Position numbers and translations under genes: made by a program. Source: a virus. From it: 64,000 bases of DNA. The DNA lies in IMG/VR virus record IMGVR_UViG_3300006737_000029, positions 1-64,000 of that record; one strand, given 5' to 3'. The notes beneath the pieces are model-generated. The model searched no databases. It worked only from the letters and a program-made list of their open reading frames with translations, and was not told the DNA's origin. Below are positions 55,596 to 64,000 of this stretch, piece by piece. How positions within the stretch are numbered: position 1 is the first letter of the stretch; the number at the start of each line of letters is the position of its first letter.

Positions 55596-58500
55596 ATGGA
55601 ACCTAAGAAAGACAACATTATACAAAAGATCACTACTGAACGAGGTTTTGCTGATGAGATATACAGAAAGTATAAGTATGACAGATACGGTATTGGTTCA
55701 TGTTGTGGATCTAACCTTCCTTCAAGTATAAAGGATAAATATCTTTGTGATTACCAAGATAACAAAGTATCACAATATGATAACATAGAAATTGTAAAGA
55801 CAACCTACACTCCACCAACAGGTGGTGCTCAAGACGATCCAAATAGACCATCTTGGGTTGATGAATATTGTGGAAATACACAGGGAGATGTAGATATATA
55901 TTTTTATTATGATGCTACATCATTAGGGTTACCTGCAGTTCAAGCTGCATATGCCGCTGCATCAGAATGGGTAGAGATAGTTAGATCTGGTAATACTGAT
56001 GCTGTTGAAGGTTCTTGTACAGGTGGAGAAGCAACTGGTATAAATGAATATCACACAACAGTATTTGGTGAGAGATGGCTTGATTGGGCTACTTCAGCAA
56101 TGACTGGAGTTTTTCAAAATTCTGGTAGTTGTGGTGGTGCTGGTACAACAATGGCTAATGGAAGCGCATGCACAACTGGAACAGCTGTAGATGTAGATCC
56201 AAATCCAGCAAGAAATTTTGGATCAAATGCTTGTGGAAGTGCATCTGATTCAGCTTTTCCTGTAACTGTAAATGCTAATAATAAATTTTGGCAGATATTA
56301 ACCTGGGCACAAGGAAATAATGTTGAGATGTACAACGGTGGTATTGCAGGAGCAACTGTAGCTAATAGTTCTACAACTAATAACTCAGGTGCAGCATTTT
56401 CTTCTACAGTTACAATAGGACCTCCACCTCCTGCTACAAATAAAAATTTATTAGTTATATGCTTTGCTGATGAATCAACATCACAAGTGTTGCAACAACC
56501 ATATCATGATAATGGTCCAGCTATTAATTGGAATACTGCAACAGACGGAACTGGAACAGTAACTCCATGTTGGGCAGCTGATCATACAGAATTTATTTCC
56601 CAAAGAAATACTTGGATGGCTGCACAAACAGGAAGACAATCAGACTTTTTCTTATACCCTTCCAAGCCTATAGCAGGTAGTACTGATTCTGTACGACCTT
56701 TTGTACTTCACAGTTTAGGTGGAATATCTAGTGGTGATAAAACTCCACAAGATGGAACTTTTAATACAATACCTTATTGTTCTGTAGGATCACTGAGTCC
56801 TATTGGTACATCAAATCCTTACTTTGCTCAAGGTTATGGAGCTCTTGATCAACATGGTTGGGGAGTTGAGCCTGCTACAGAATATTTTACTGCTAGCACA
56901 TTCCAACAAGACTTAGATGAATTTACTGAGTTATCAACTTGTAATGATTCAGAATGTTTTTTATTTGTTATTAAAAATCAAAACGGTGATCCAGTAGAAA
57001 ACCATCCAATAGTCATAAGGGGAGGTATAGTAGGTTATACAGATGAAAATGGATTGTTTAGATGGTGTGTAGAAAATGCATCAGATCCTGCAAATAGACA
57101 TCATGTATTAGATTTGTGTACATGTCTTACAACAACTGGTGGATGTAGATCACAAAAAGTTTCAATGACAGTTACAGACAATTGTCTTACATCATGTCCT
57201 GCAACACCTTTTCAAGCTTGTGATCCTGAAAAAGAACCACAATCTTCTGGTAATGAAAAAGAAGGTTGTACAGATCCAGCTGCAGATAATTTTGATCCTG
57301 GTGCAAGTATAGATGATGGTACATGTACTTACTGTGCACAATTTAATATAACAGAGGTAAGTAGAACAAATGCAACAGACATTGGTGGCGTATGTCAAAA
57401 TGATGGTGCTATTAATGTAACAGTTAATGGTGGTATTGCTCCTTATACTTATTCTTGGACAGGACCAAGTGGTTTTACAGCTAATACACAAAATATATCA
57501 AGCTTGTGTGGTGGGGTATATACTTTAATGGTATCTGACAGTTCTACAAATCCTTGTTTAGAAACTATGGTCTTTTATTTAGATCAAGATACTCAAATAA
57601 TATTTGGTTGTACAGATGCCACGGCATGCAACTATGATGCAGCTGCTAATACAGATGATGGAAGTTGTTTATATTCAGGATGTACAAGTGATTCAGCAGT
57701 AAATTATGATCCAACAGCTACTGCTGATTGTAATTGTGAACCACCAACTTCTGCAGCATACCAAAATGTTGTAGGTTGGGATAGTTGTTGTACAGCTTGT
57801 GTAGACGGATGTATGGATCCAAATGCTAATAATTATGATGCTGCTGCTACATGTGATGATGGCAGTTGTACATACAACTGGAGTTGTGTAGAAACAACTG
57901 TACCAGGAGGTGCTCAACAAGATATAAACTGTCAAAACATGACTTATGTTGGAACGTTTAATAATACAGACTTTAACACATCACAATTAGACTTTTTAAA
58001 TTATATTTCAGATCCAGCTAATAATTTAGACACTATACCAATTATATCATTAAGATTTTCAACAACATATTTAGCACCTGTTTCTAATTCATGTTTTGAT
58101 ACTGTTGCAAATAATGGTGCTCCATTAAATATTGTTTCAAGTATAAGAGTAGGTTGGGGTTGGAGTAATGCTGATACTGTACCACAAACAGAGTGTAACC
58201 CAAATGAATGTGGATGTATTTCACAGTCTCCACTATTACCAGATTGTTGGCCATCTTCATGGACACAGTTTTTACCTAATGGAAATTATGATTCACTTTA
58301 TACTCATCAAGGATCATGGAGTAGTTTTACAGATTTATTAAATACAACAATAGCAGATGGTCAAACATGGATGGATCCAAGTGGAGCAACTATAACAACA
58401 TTTACTGGATTGTTATATTCAGAAGTAATGGCAATATTTCAATATTCACAAGGAAGTTGTGCAAGTGAAAACGATGCTCCTGGAACTAATTTAATTTTCC

Positions 58501-61037
58501 CTCAGTGTTGTTGTATTTATGAGTGGACTCTTTATGGTTCTAGACCTGCATCATTATGTACATGTTCAGAAACTACAACTGTTGATTGTAATTGTACTGA
58601 GATGCTTGATGGAACAGGAATATATCCAACTGAAAATGATTGTTTAAATGCTGCAGAAAGTTGTTGTAATGTAAATCAAAGCAATGGTAATTTTCTATGT
58701 GTACCAGGCATGCTTATTAATAATTGTAGCAACAAAGTAGAAGGTAATCCAGGAGCTACAATACCTTGGGGAACTGGTGTTAATGTTCTTATTGCAAATG
58801 AGTTTACACAAACTTATCCAACACTGACAGATCCGTCTCTGTTTTACTGGAATATTTTAAATGCTCCTGGAGCATGTATGGACCCAACTACAAATATAAA
58901 TACATATGTATTAGATTCAGCTGCATCTCCAGGTATTGTATTTATTAAAAATGGTGTAGTAGAATATGAATTACCAGGAACAACTAATGGTATGGCTAAT
59001 AGTTGGAATACAATATTAGCTCATATGAGCAACGATCATGGTTATGATGGTGTGACTTATCCATCACTTACAGGAATGAATTTCCAACAAGTATTAGTTC
59101 AACTTACTACATCACAACCAGGTGTATGGTTATTAGACGCTAATATAAGAGCTTGTGGATGTATTCAGGATGGAACTTGTGATTGTATACAAGATAATAG
59201 TGGAACTTATATAGATTATCCTTCATGTATTACTAGTTGTTGTCAACTTTTTTCAGCTGGTTGTACAGACCCTACAAGTTTTTCTTATAGTTCAACTGTA
59301 GCTATTGACGATGGTAGCTGTATGGACTGCACTAATCCTATTTTAAGTCCAAACTTTTTTGCTGGAGATCCTATAAATCACACTATTACAACTACAAATC
59401 CTACATCAAGCGGTGCTGCAGATGGTACAATAACAGTTGATTTTGCTACTGGTTTTGGTTTTAACTGGTATATCAATCCTACCACTCAACAAGAAGGAGG
59501 AATCATGGTGCATGTTTATAATACTTTAACAGGCGCACTAGTAGGCTCTACACCTCAAATAGCTTCTCCAACTGCATCATACACATTTGATAATACAAAT
59601 ACAACAGGTATTCCAGATGGAGATTATACAATAATAATAGAACAAGTTATTTTAGTAAATGGTATTTTATATGTACAATGTACAAATACTAGTTATCAAA
59701 ATGTAGGACTAGGTTCAGGTTCACAACTATGGGAATGTAATCCAGGAACCAGTTATGATGAATCATTAGTAACACCAGGTATAACATTAAATACTTACAA
59801 TGCTAGTAATACAGCTACGTATTTTAATGTTGCAGGAATAAATGCTGGTAATACAAATGGGCAAGGATTTTATACAGGCTATGAGCTTGCACTAGATGAT
59901 TATGTTACTTCTAGTTATAATATTATTCCTCTTGGAGCAGAATGGCCTTGGTGGTATCAACAAACTTCTACAGCTGGAGCAGTAGCACCTGGTGTACAAT
60001 GTCAAAATAGTGCAACAAACGCATATAAAACATCTTTTACTAGAATTGATTTCCGTGATTTAAGAGATGGAGGATTTAATCTGTACAGTTATTATATCCT
60101 TCAAAATAACACATGGGCTGACATGGTTAGTTTTGTTAATGGAGCTATTAGTGCTTCTCATCCTGATAATGTAAGCTTTACTGTATTAAAAGCTGCTGTA
60201 CAAGCATATAGTGCTAATTATGATTTAGTAGTTACTTTACAACCTGTTCTTTGTGAATCTACAGGATGTGGTTGTGTACAAAGTCCTACAGGTACACATG
60301 CAACTCAAGCAGCATGTGATACAACTTGCTGTACAATAGGATGTACTGATCCTGCTGCTGATAACTATGAGCCTAATGCTGCTACTGATGATGGAAGTTG
60401 TATATACTGTAGTAATTTTATGGGTGTTGTTACATTATATCAACCAACTATACCAGCAGGATCAACAAACTGGAGTGGATCTAATATAAATGTAAACAAT
60501 GGACAAATACTGGCAACAGGAATAGGAGGATCTGGTACTTATAATATGGACGTTTACTGGGCAGGATATAATGGTAATGTAGCAGTTAATCCAACTGCAC
60601 TATGGCCTGGTTTTTATAAGATTGTAGTTACTGATTTACTTTATGGTTGTACACATACATCTTATCAACAACTAGATCCTTTATTAGCTAAATGTCATGA
60701 TGAAGGTACTCCTATTTGGTTACCAACTAGTCTGTCACAATTTGGAGATGTAACTGGTGTAAATAATTTCTTGAACATTAATACGTCAACTACAAGTTCA
60801 ACTAATTATCAAATTTATGCAACTAGCTCAACATCATTTGAAGTTAGTAATCTTAACTTAAGTAATGCTTATACTATTACAATATTTGATAGTTCAGGAA
60901 CACAATTGATAACTTGTACTAGTTGTGATACTCTAGCAGTACCAAACACAACAGCTGGAGAGTCATATTACATTCAGATAGAACAAGCAACTGATTGTGC
61001 ACAGATAGGAGCAATTTTTGTAATGCCAACAATTTAA
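55596..61037 (+). CDS. giant Cys-rich fibre/adhesin-like protein with SprB-like and GCTD..A.NY....DDGSC repeats
   Basis: 1813 aa; DGAINVTVNGGIAPYTYSW SprB-like unit; six GC(T/M)-led repeats. Confidence 0.7.
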   Translation: MEPKKDNIIQKITTERGFADEIYRKYKYDRYGIGSCCGSNLPSSIKDKYLCDYQDNKVSQYDNIEIVKTTYTPPTGGAQDDPNRPSWVDEYCGNTQGDVDIYFYYDATSLGLPAVQAAYAAASEWVEIVRSGNTDAVEGSCTGGEATGINEYHTTVFGERWLDWATSAMTGVFQNSGSCGGAGTTMANGSACTTGTAVDVDPNPARNFGSNACGSASDSAFPVTVNANNKFWQILTWAQGNNVEMYNGGIAGATVANSSTTNNSGAAFSSTVTIGPPPPATNKNLLVICFADESTSQVLQQPYHDNGPAINWNTATDGTGTVTPCWAADHTEFISQRNTWMAAQTGRQSDFFLYPSKPIAGSTDSVRPFVLHSLGGISSGDKTPQDGTFNTIPYCSVGSLSPIGTSNPYFAQGYGALDQHGWGVEPATEYFTASTFQQDLDEFTELSTCNDSECFLFVIKNQNGDPVENHPIVIRGGIVGYTDENGLFRWCVENASDPANRHHVLDLCTCLTTTGGCRSQKVSMTVTDNCLTSCPATPFQACDPEKEPQSSGNEKEGCTDPAADNFDPGASIDDGTCTYCAQFNITEVSRTNATDIGGVCQNDGAINVTVNGGIAPYTYSWTGPSGFTANTQNISSLCGGVYTLMVSDSSTNPCLETMVFYLDQDTQIIFGCTDATACNYDAAANTDDGSCLYSGCTSDSAVNYDPTATADCNCEPPTSAAYQNVVGWDSCCTACVDGCMDPNANNYDAAATCDDGSCTYNWSCVETTVPGGAQQDINCQNMTYVGTFNNTDFNTSQLDFLNYISDPANNLDTIPIISLRFSTTYLAPVSNSCFDTVANNGAPLNIVSSIRVGWGWSNADTVPQTECNPNECGCISQSPLLPDCWPSSWTQFLPNGNYDSLYTHQGSWSSFTDLLNTTIADGQTWMDPSGATITTFTGLLYSEVMAIFQYSQGSCASENDAPGTNLIFPQCCCIYEWTLYGSRPASLCTCSETTTVDCNCTEMLDGTGIYPTENDCLNAAESCCNVNQSNGNFLCVPGMLINNCSNKVEGNPGATIPWGTGVNVLIANEFTQTYPTLTDPSLFYWNILNAPGACMDPTTNINTYVLDSAASPGIVFIKNGVVEYELPGTTNGMANSWNTILAHMSNDHGYDGVTYPSLTGMNFQQVLVQLTTSQPGVWLLDANIRACGCIQDGTCDCIQDNSGTYIDYPSCITSCCQLFSAGCTDPTSFSYSSTVAIDDGSCMDCTNPILSPNFFAGDPINHTITTTNPTSSGAADGTITVDFATGFGFNWYINPTTQQEGGIMVHVYNTLTGALVGSTPQIASPTASYTFDNTNTTGIPDGDYTIIIEQVILVNGILYVQCTNTSYQNVGLGSGSQLWECNPGTSYDESLVTPGITLNTYNASNTATYFNVAGINAGNTNGQGFYTGYELALDDYVTSSYNIIPLGAEWPWWYQQTSTAGAVAPGVQCQNSATNAYKTSFTRIDFRDLRDGGFNLYSYYILQNNTWADMVSFVNGAISASHPDNVSFTVLKAAVQAYSANYDLVVTLQPVLCESTGCGCVQSPTGTHATQAACDTTCCTIGCTDPAADNYEPNAATDDGSCIYCSNFMGVVTLYQPTIPAGSTNWSGSNINVNNGQILATGIGGSGTYNMDVYWAGYNGNVAVNPTALWPGFYKIVVTDLLYGCTHTSYQQLDPLLAKCHDEGTPIWLPTSLSQFGDVTGVNNFLNINTSTTSSTNYQIYATSSTSFEVSNLNLSNAYTITIFDSSGTQLITCTSCDTLAVPNTTAGESYYIQIEQATDCAQIGAIFVMPTI
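57264..60401 (+). repeat. dispersed ~21-aa Cys-bracketed protein repeats
   Basis: Copies start at 57264, 57606, 57678, 57807, 59259 and 60339. Confidence 0.8.
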
Positions 61038-61094
61038 GCAAATTGATTGTTAAAATGATAAATAATTTGTATATTATTAATGTAGAATAAAGAT

Positions 61095-62237
61095 ATGATA
61101 CCAACTAATTCAAATAATCCGCAGAACTGTGATCCTATTTCATCTAATTGTGTAATTTGGCAAGGTCCAGATTTAGACTGTGTAAACGTATGTCAAGGTG
61201 ATACAATAAGTGATGTTGTAGCTGCATTATGTACACAACTTTCTCTTTTAGAAACATTAATTGGATCAGGAAATACTGAGTTTAATATTGCTAATATTAA
61301 TCAGTCAGAATTAACAGGAAATACAGCAACTACTCTAGAAGAGTTAATTCAGTTAATGATTGATAATATAGTTATTAATCAAGGAGGACAAGGTACAGGT
61401 ACAGGAACAGGTGACCACGGAAAACATATGGATTGTGCTGATGTAATGGCTTGTGCTGTTACAGGAATGCCTGCTTGTTTTGAAGAACATACTGGATTTA
61501 ATAATGGACAATCTTTACAAAGATGGTTATCTGAAGTTGCACAAGAACTTTGTGATTTACAAACTTCTGGTTCAACAACACAAGCAATAACTACTACATT
61601 ATCAGCTAAAGTAGCAAATTTAGAAACACAGCCAACTGGAGAAATGAATCCAATGATATACTCTAGTGGTGTTGTACCAAAAGGACAACTTACTCCTATT
61701 GCAACTGTTGTACAAGCATTAGATTCACAATTTGTAACTTTAAGAAACACAACAGGTACTCCAGCTAATTTAACAGTTGGTGTAAATAATCAGCCAGCAG
61801 ATTTAGGACAACCTGTAAGCACAGCTGGTTTTTCATCACCTTTAAAAACATCTCCTGTTACAGCTGGGGATGCTTTATATAACATGTGGTTAGCTGTAGA
61901 AGATTTAAGGGCGGCAACAAAAGACATTCAAGATAACTGTTGTTCAACTGTACAAATGCAAAGAATGGGTGGCATTAGATCATTTTATGCAAACGGAGAT
62001 AGTTGTACAACAGCATTAGCTGCAGCAGCAACATCAAGTAATTGTACAGATATTTGGAATACTACAGGTGTACAGTTTGATACAACTGTTAGAGCATATA
62101 CTGATGCATATACTGCAACAAGTAATACAGAATTACTAAATAATAGATATTATGCATTATGTCCTGGTGGACCAATAGCAAGATACCAAAGAACTACACC
62201 TTATTGGACTGATGTAAAAAGCAGTTGTTCTGAATAA
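61095..62237 (+). CDS. Cys-rich structural protein
   Basis: CDPISSNCVIWQGPDL.C...C.GD motif, coiled segments; GTATATTA at 61069. Confidence 0.65.
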   Translation: MIPTNSNNPQNCDPISSNCVIWQGPDLDCVNVCQGDTISDVVAALCTQLSLLETLIGSGNTEFNIANINQSELTGNTATTLEELIQLMIDNIVINQGGQGTGTGTGDHGKHMDCADVMACAVTGMPACFEEHTGFNNGQSLQRWLSEVAQELCDLQTSGSTTQAITTTLSAKVANLETQPTGEMNPMIYSSGVVPKGQLTPIATVVQALDSQFVTLRNTTGTPANLTVGVNNQPADLGQPVSTAGFSSPLKTSPVTAGDALYNMWLAVEDLRAATKDIQDNCCSTVQMQRMGGIRSFYANGDSCTTALAAAATSSNCTDIWNTTGVQFDTTVRAYTDAYTATSNTELLNNRYYALCPGGPIARYQRTTPYWTDVKSSCSE

Positions 62238-62253
62238 ATAAAAAAATAAAAAA

Positions 62254-62796
62254 ATGGCTTGTAATAATTGTAATAATAATACTCAAACAGAATGTAACAA
62301 TCTAGCATGCGGATGTGCTGATACGTCACAAACTATGCCATGTGTATATAATGATTGTAGAGAAAAAGGTGCTGAACAATGTGAAGAAATAATGTGTGCT
62401 GCATGTGTTTCTTATTGTGCAGATACTTTTGAAGCTTCATTAGGTAATACAATATTACAGGTAGCTAATGGAGAAAGATTAGATAGAATTTTACAAAGAA
62501 TGGTTTTATTTATGACTAATGCTCCTTGTGTAGATTCTGCACCACAATTAGTATCATTAGGAACAATTACAGCTACTACAATAATTGTTGAGTGGTCAGG
62601 AGTTCCTGCTAATGCAACGGTAGATGTTGAATATAAACTTCCACAATCTGGAGGTTGGACAACAGCTGCAAGTAATTTAAATACATCAACTACATCTCAT
62701 GAAGTAACAGGATTAGTTGCAAATACAATATATCAATTCAGAGTTATCAATGGTAGTTGTTCATCAGTAATAGTTACTGGAAGCACTGTGATATAA
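62254..62796 (+). CDS. Cys-rich protein with C-terminal fibronectin type III domain
   Basis: ITATTIIVEW...VEYK.....W...VTGL.ANT.YQFRV. Confidence 0.75.
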   Translation: MACNNCNNNTQTECNNLACGCADTSQTMPCVYNDCREKGAEQCEEIMCAACVSYCADTFEASLGNTILQVANGERLDRILQRMVLFMTNAPCVDSAPQLVSLGTITATTIIVEWSGVPANATVDVEYKLPQSGGWTTAASNLNTSTTSHEVTGLVANTIYQFRVINGSCSSVIVTGSTVI

Positions 62797-62852
62797 ATAA
62801 AAAAAACAAGAAAGTGAGGGTTTTATATTGGTTTTCCTAAACTTAATTGTCT

Positions 62853-62885
62853 GAGGCCTGGCGTTAACACCGGGCCTCTTTTTTT
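62853..62885 (+). terminator. intrinsic terminator
   Basis: gaggcctgg-cgttaaca-ccgggcctc plus T7. Confidence 0.85.
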
Positions 62886-62907
62886 ATATCTGTTAATATT
62901 TTTTTTA

Positions 62908-62915
62908 TATATTTG
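62908..62915 (+). promoter_or_regulatory. Bacteroidota -7 element TATATTTG
   Basis: TAnnTTTG upstream of ATG 62941. Confidence 0.6.
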
Positions 62916-62940
62916 CAACAGTTTAACTAAAAAAATTTAT

Positions 62941-64000
62941 ATGGACTCACTATTAGAAAAAATTAAAGCATCATTTAAGTGGAAAAAAACCTCTGATTAT
63001 TGTGCAGAGAAATTAAACATCACAATAGATGACTATGATAAATTGAAAGATTACGTCAAGTCTAAAGAATTATTAGAGAACTCATCAACCTCATATGAGT
63101 ATAATCTAGAAAAAGGTGAAGCAAAAATGGAAACTATAAGTTCTTCTGAACCTAAATCACCTGAAGAAATAATTGATATATTAAATATTGACACAACTCA
63201 GTGGAAACTTTCAAGTTATTGGAATAAACAAATGGGAGATCATTGGAGGGTATCTGCAATGGTTACAAGACTAAAAGATAATGAAGTAGATAATGTTGCT
63301 GAATTATTAAAAGGGTTTAAGCCAAAAAAATATAAAGAAGTAAAAAGAATTAAAACTCCAGGTAAAACAAAAACAGCTGGAGTTTTGTCATTACAAGACA
63401 TACATTTTGGTAAAGAAGGAAATGAAACTATTGATAAATGTTTTGAAGAAACAATTATTGATTTAGTTGAAAGAGCCACAAGTGCTCATCATTTAGAAAA
63501 AATATTCTATGTAGTAGGGGGAGATCTAATCAACATGGACACATGGAATGGGACCACTACTAGTGGAACACCATTAGATAACTGTAAGACTGCTACAGAG
63601 GCTTATATGCAGGCATTTAATGCTATACAATGGAGTATTAACTATATCAAACAGTTTTGTGATGAATTACAAGTAGTTTATATCCCTGGTAATCATGATA
63701 GACTATCTTCATTTCATTTAGCTCATGCACTATCTAAATGTTTTGATAACCCAACTATACATTGGGATGTTGTATATCTTGAGAGAAAAGTTTATGTATA
63801 TGAAGATAACTTCTTTGCTTTTGAACATGGTGATGTTAATACTAAAAATTCTTTATTATTATATTCTATGGAATATCCTAGAGAATGGGGTAAGACATTA
63901 TATAGAACATTATATACAGGACATTATCACCATAAGAAGAAGATTGAGTATATAACTGAACATGAAAATACTGGATTTATGTTAAAGATATTACCTAGTT
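62941..64000 (+). CDS. calcineurin-like metallophosphoesterase (3' truncated)
   Basis: Not in track (runs off the end); in-frame DIHFG, GGDL, PGNHD, FEHGD, GHYHH. Confidence 0.85.
   Translation, partial: MDSLLEKIKASFKWKKTSDYCAEKLNITIDDYDKLKDYVKSKELLENSSTSYEYNLEKGEAKMETISSSEPKSPEEIIDILNIDTTQWKLSSYWNKQMGDHWRVSAMVTRLKDNEVDNVAELLKGFKPKKYKEVKRIKTPGKTKTAGVLSLQDIHFGKEGNETIDKCFEETIIDLVERATSAHHLEKIFYVVGGDLINMDTWNGTTTSGTPLDNCKTATEAYMQAFNAIQWSINYIKQFCDELQVVYIPGNHDRLSSFHLAHALSKCFDNPTIHWDVVYLERKVYVYEDNFFAFEHGDVNTKNSLLLYSMEYPREWGKTLYRTLYTGHYHHKKKIEYITEHENTGFMLKILPS

Noticed and set aside
55596-62796. Diversity-generating retroelement acting on fibre genes
   Set aside because: No reverse transcriptase in the window and no near-identical TR/VR pair differing only at adenines; repeats diverge at all bases
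2589-63955. Many short antisense/shadow ORFs in the track (e.g. 2781-3029, 15322-15696, 43028-43366, 48540-48974, 61379-61750, 63240-63479, 63725-63955)
   Set aside because: They lie within well-supported genes on another frame or strand and show no motifs
1-64000. Stop-codon reassignment (known in some crAss-like phages)
   Set aside because: Core genes (PolB, TerL, portal, MCP) are intact in the standard code, and TAG and TGA both end genes at sensible boundaries
1-64000. tRNA genes or CRISPR array
   Set aside because: No cloverleaf with T-loop/D-loop consensus and no regularly spaced DNA direct repeats were seen by eye; tRNAscan-SE and a CRISPR finder would be needed to exclude them formally

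Overview
AT-rich 64 kb segment of a large dsDNA bacteriophage with crAss-like (Crassvirales-type) gene content and order, most likely infecting an aquatic Bacteroidota host (TAnnTTTG promoters, no Shine-Dalgarno sites, PhoH, SprB-type repeats). There are three blocks. (i) 1-5973 (+): late/accessory genes, including a lectin-like protein, a putative outer-membrane beta-barrel, many tiny basic proteins, a holin and a thermonuclease. (ii) 5970-31753 (-): replication/early genes, including an SPL-like radical SAM enzyme, a dATP/dGTP diphosphohydrolase, PolB, a PD-(D/E)XK nuclease, a MoxR AAA + vWA peptidase pair, resolvase, primase, SSB, DnaB and an SF2 helicase. (iii) 31971-64000 (+): a 2211-aa modular protein, PhoH, endolysin, HU-like protein, GroES, terminase, portal, scaffold, major capsid and Cys-rich virion proteins. 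The most notable observations are: the 2211-aa protein is divided by a recurring [FWYK]KxGG-x-LPKAQxG linker into modules that include a protein-kinase-like and a lysozyme-like domain (candidate processed virion cargo polyprotein); a five-gene MoxR/vWA module whose three flanking proteins share one helical motif; an unannotated 26-aa CDGSH Fe-S mini-protein; a phage-specific GTATATTA upstream motif; and two candidate structured RNAs. All assignments come from reading motifs by eye; no database searches were run.
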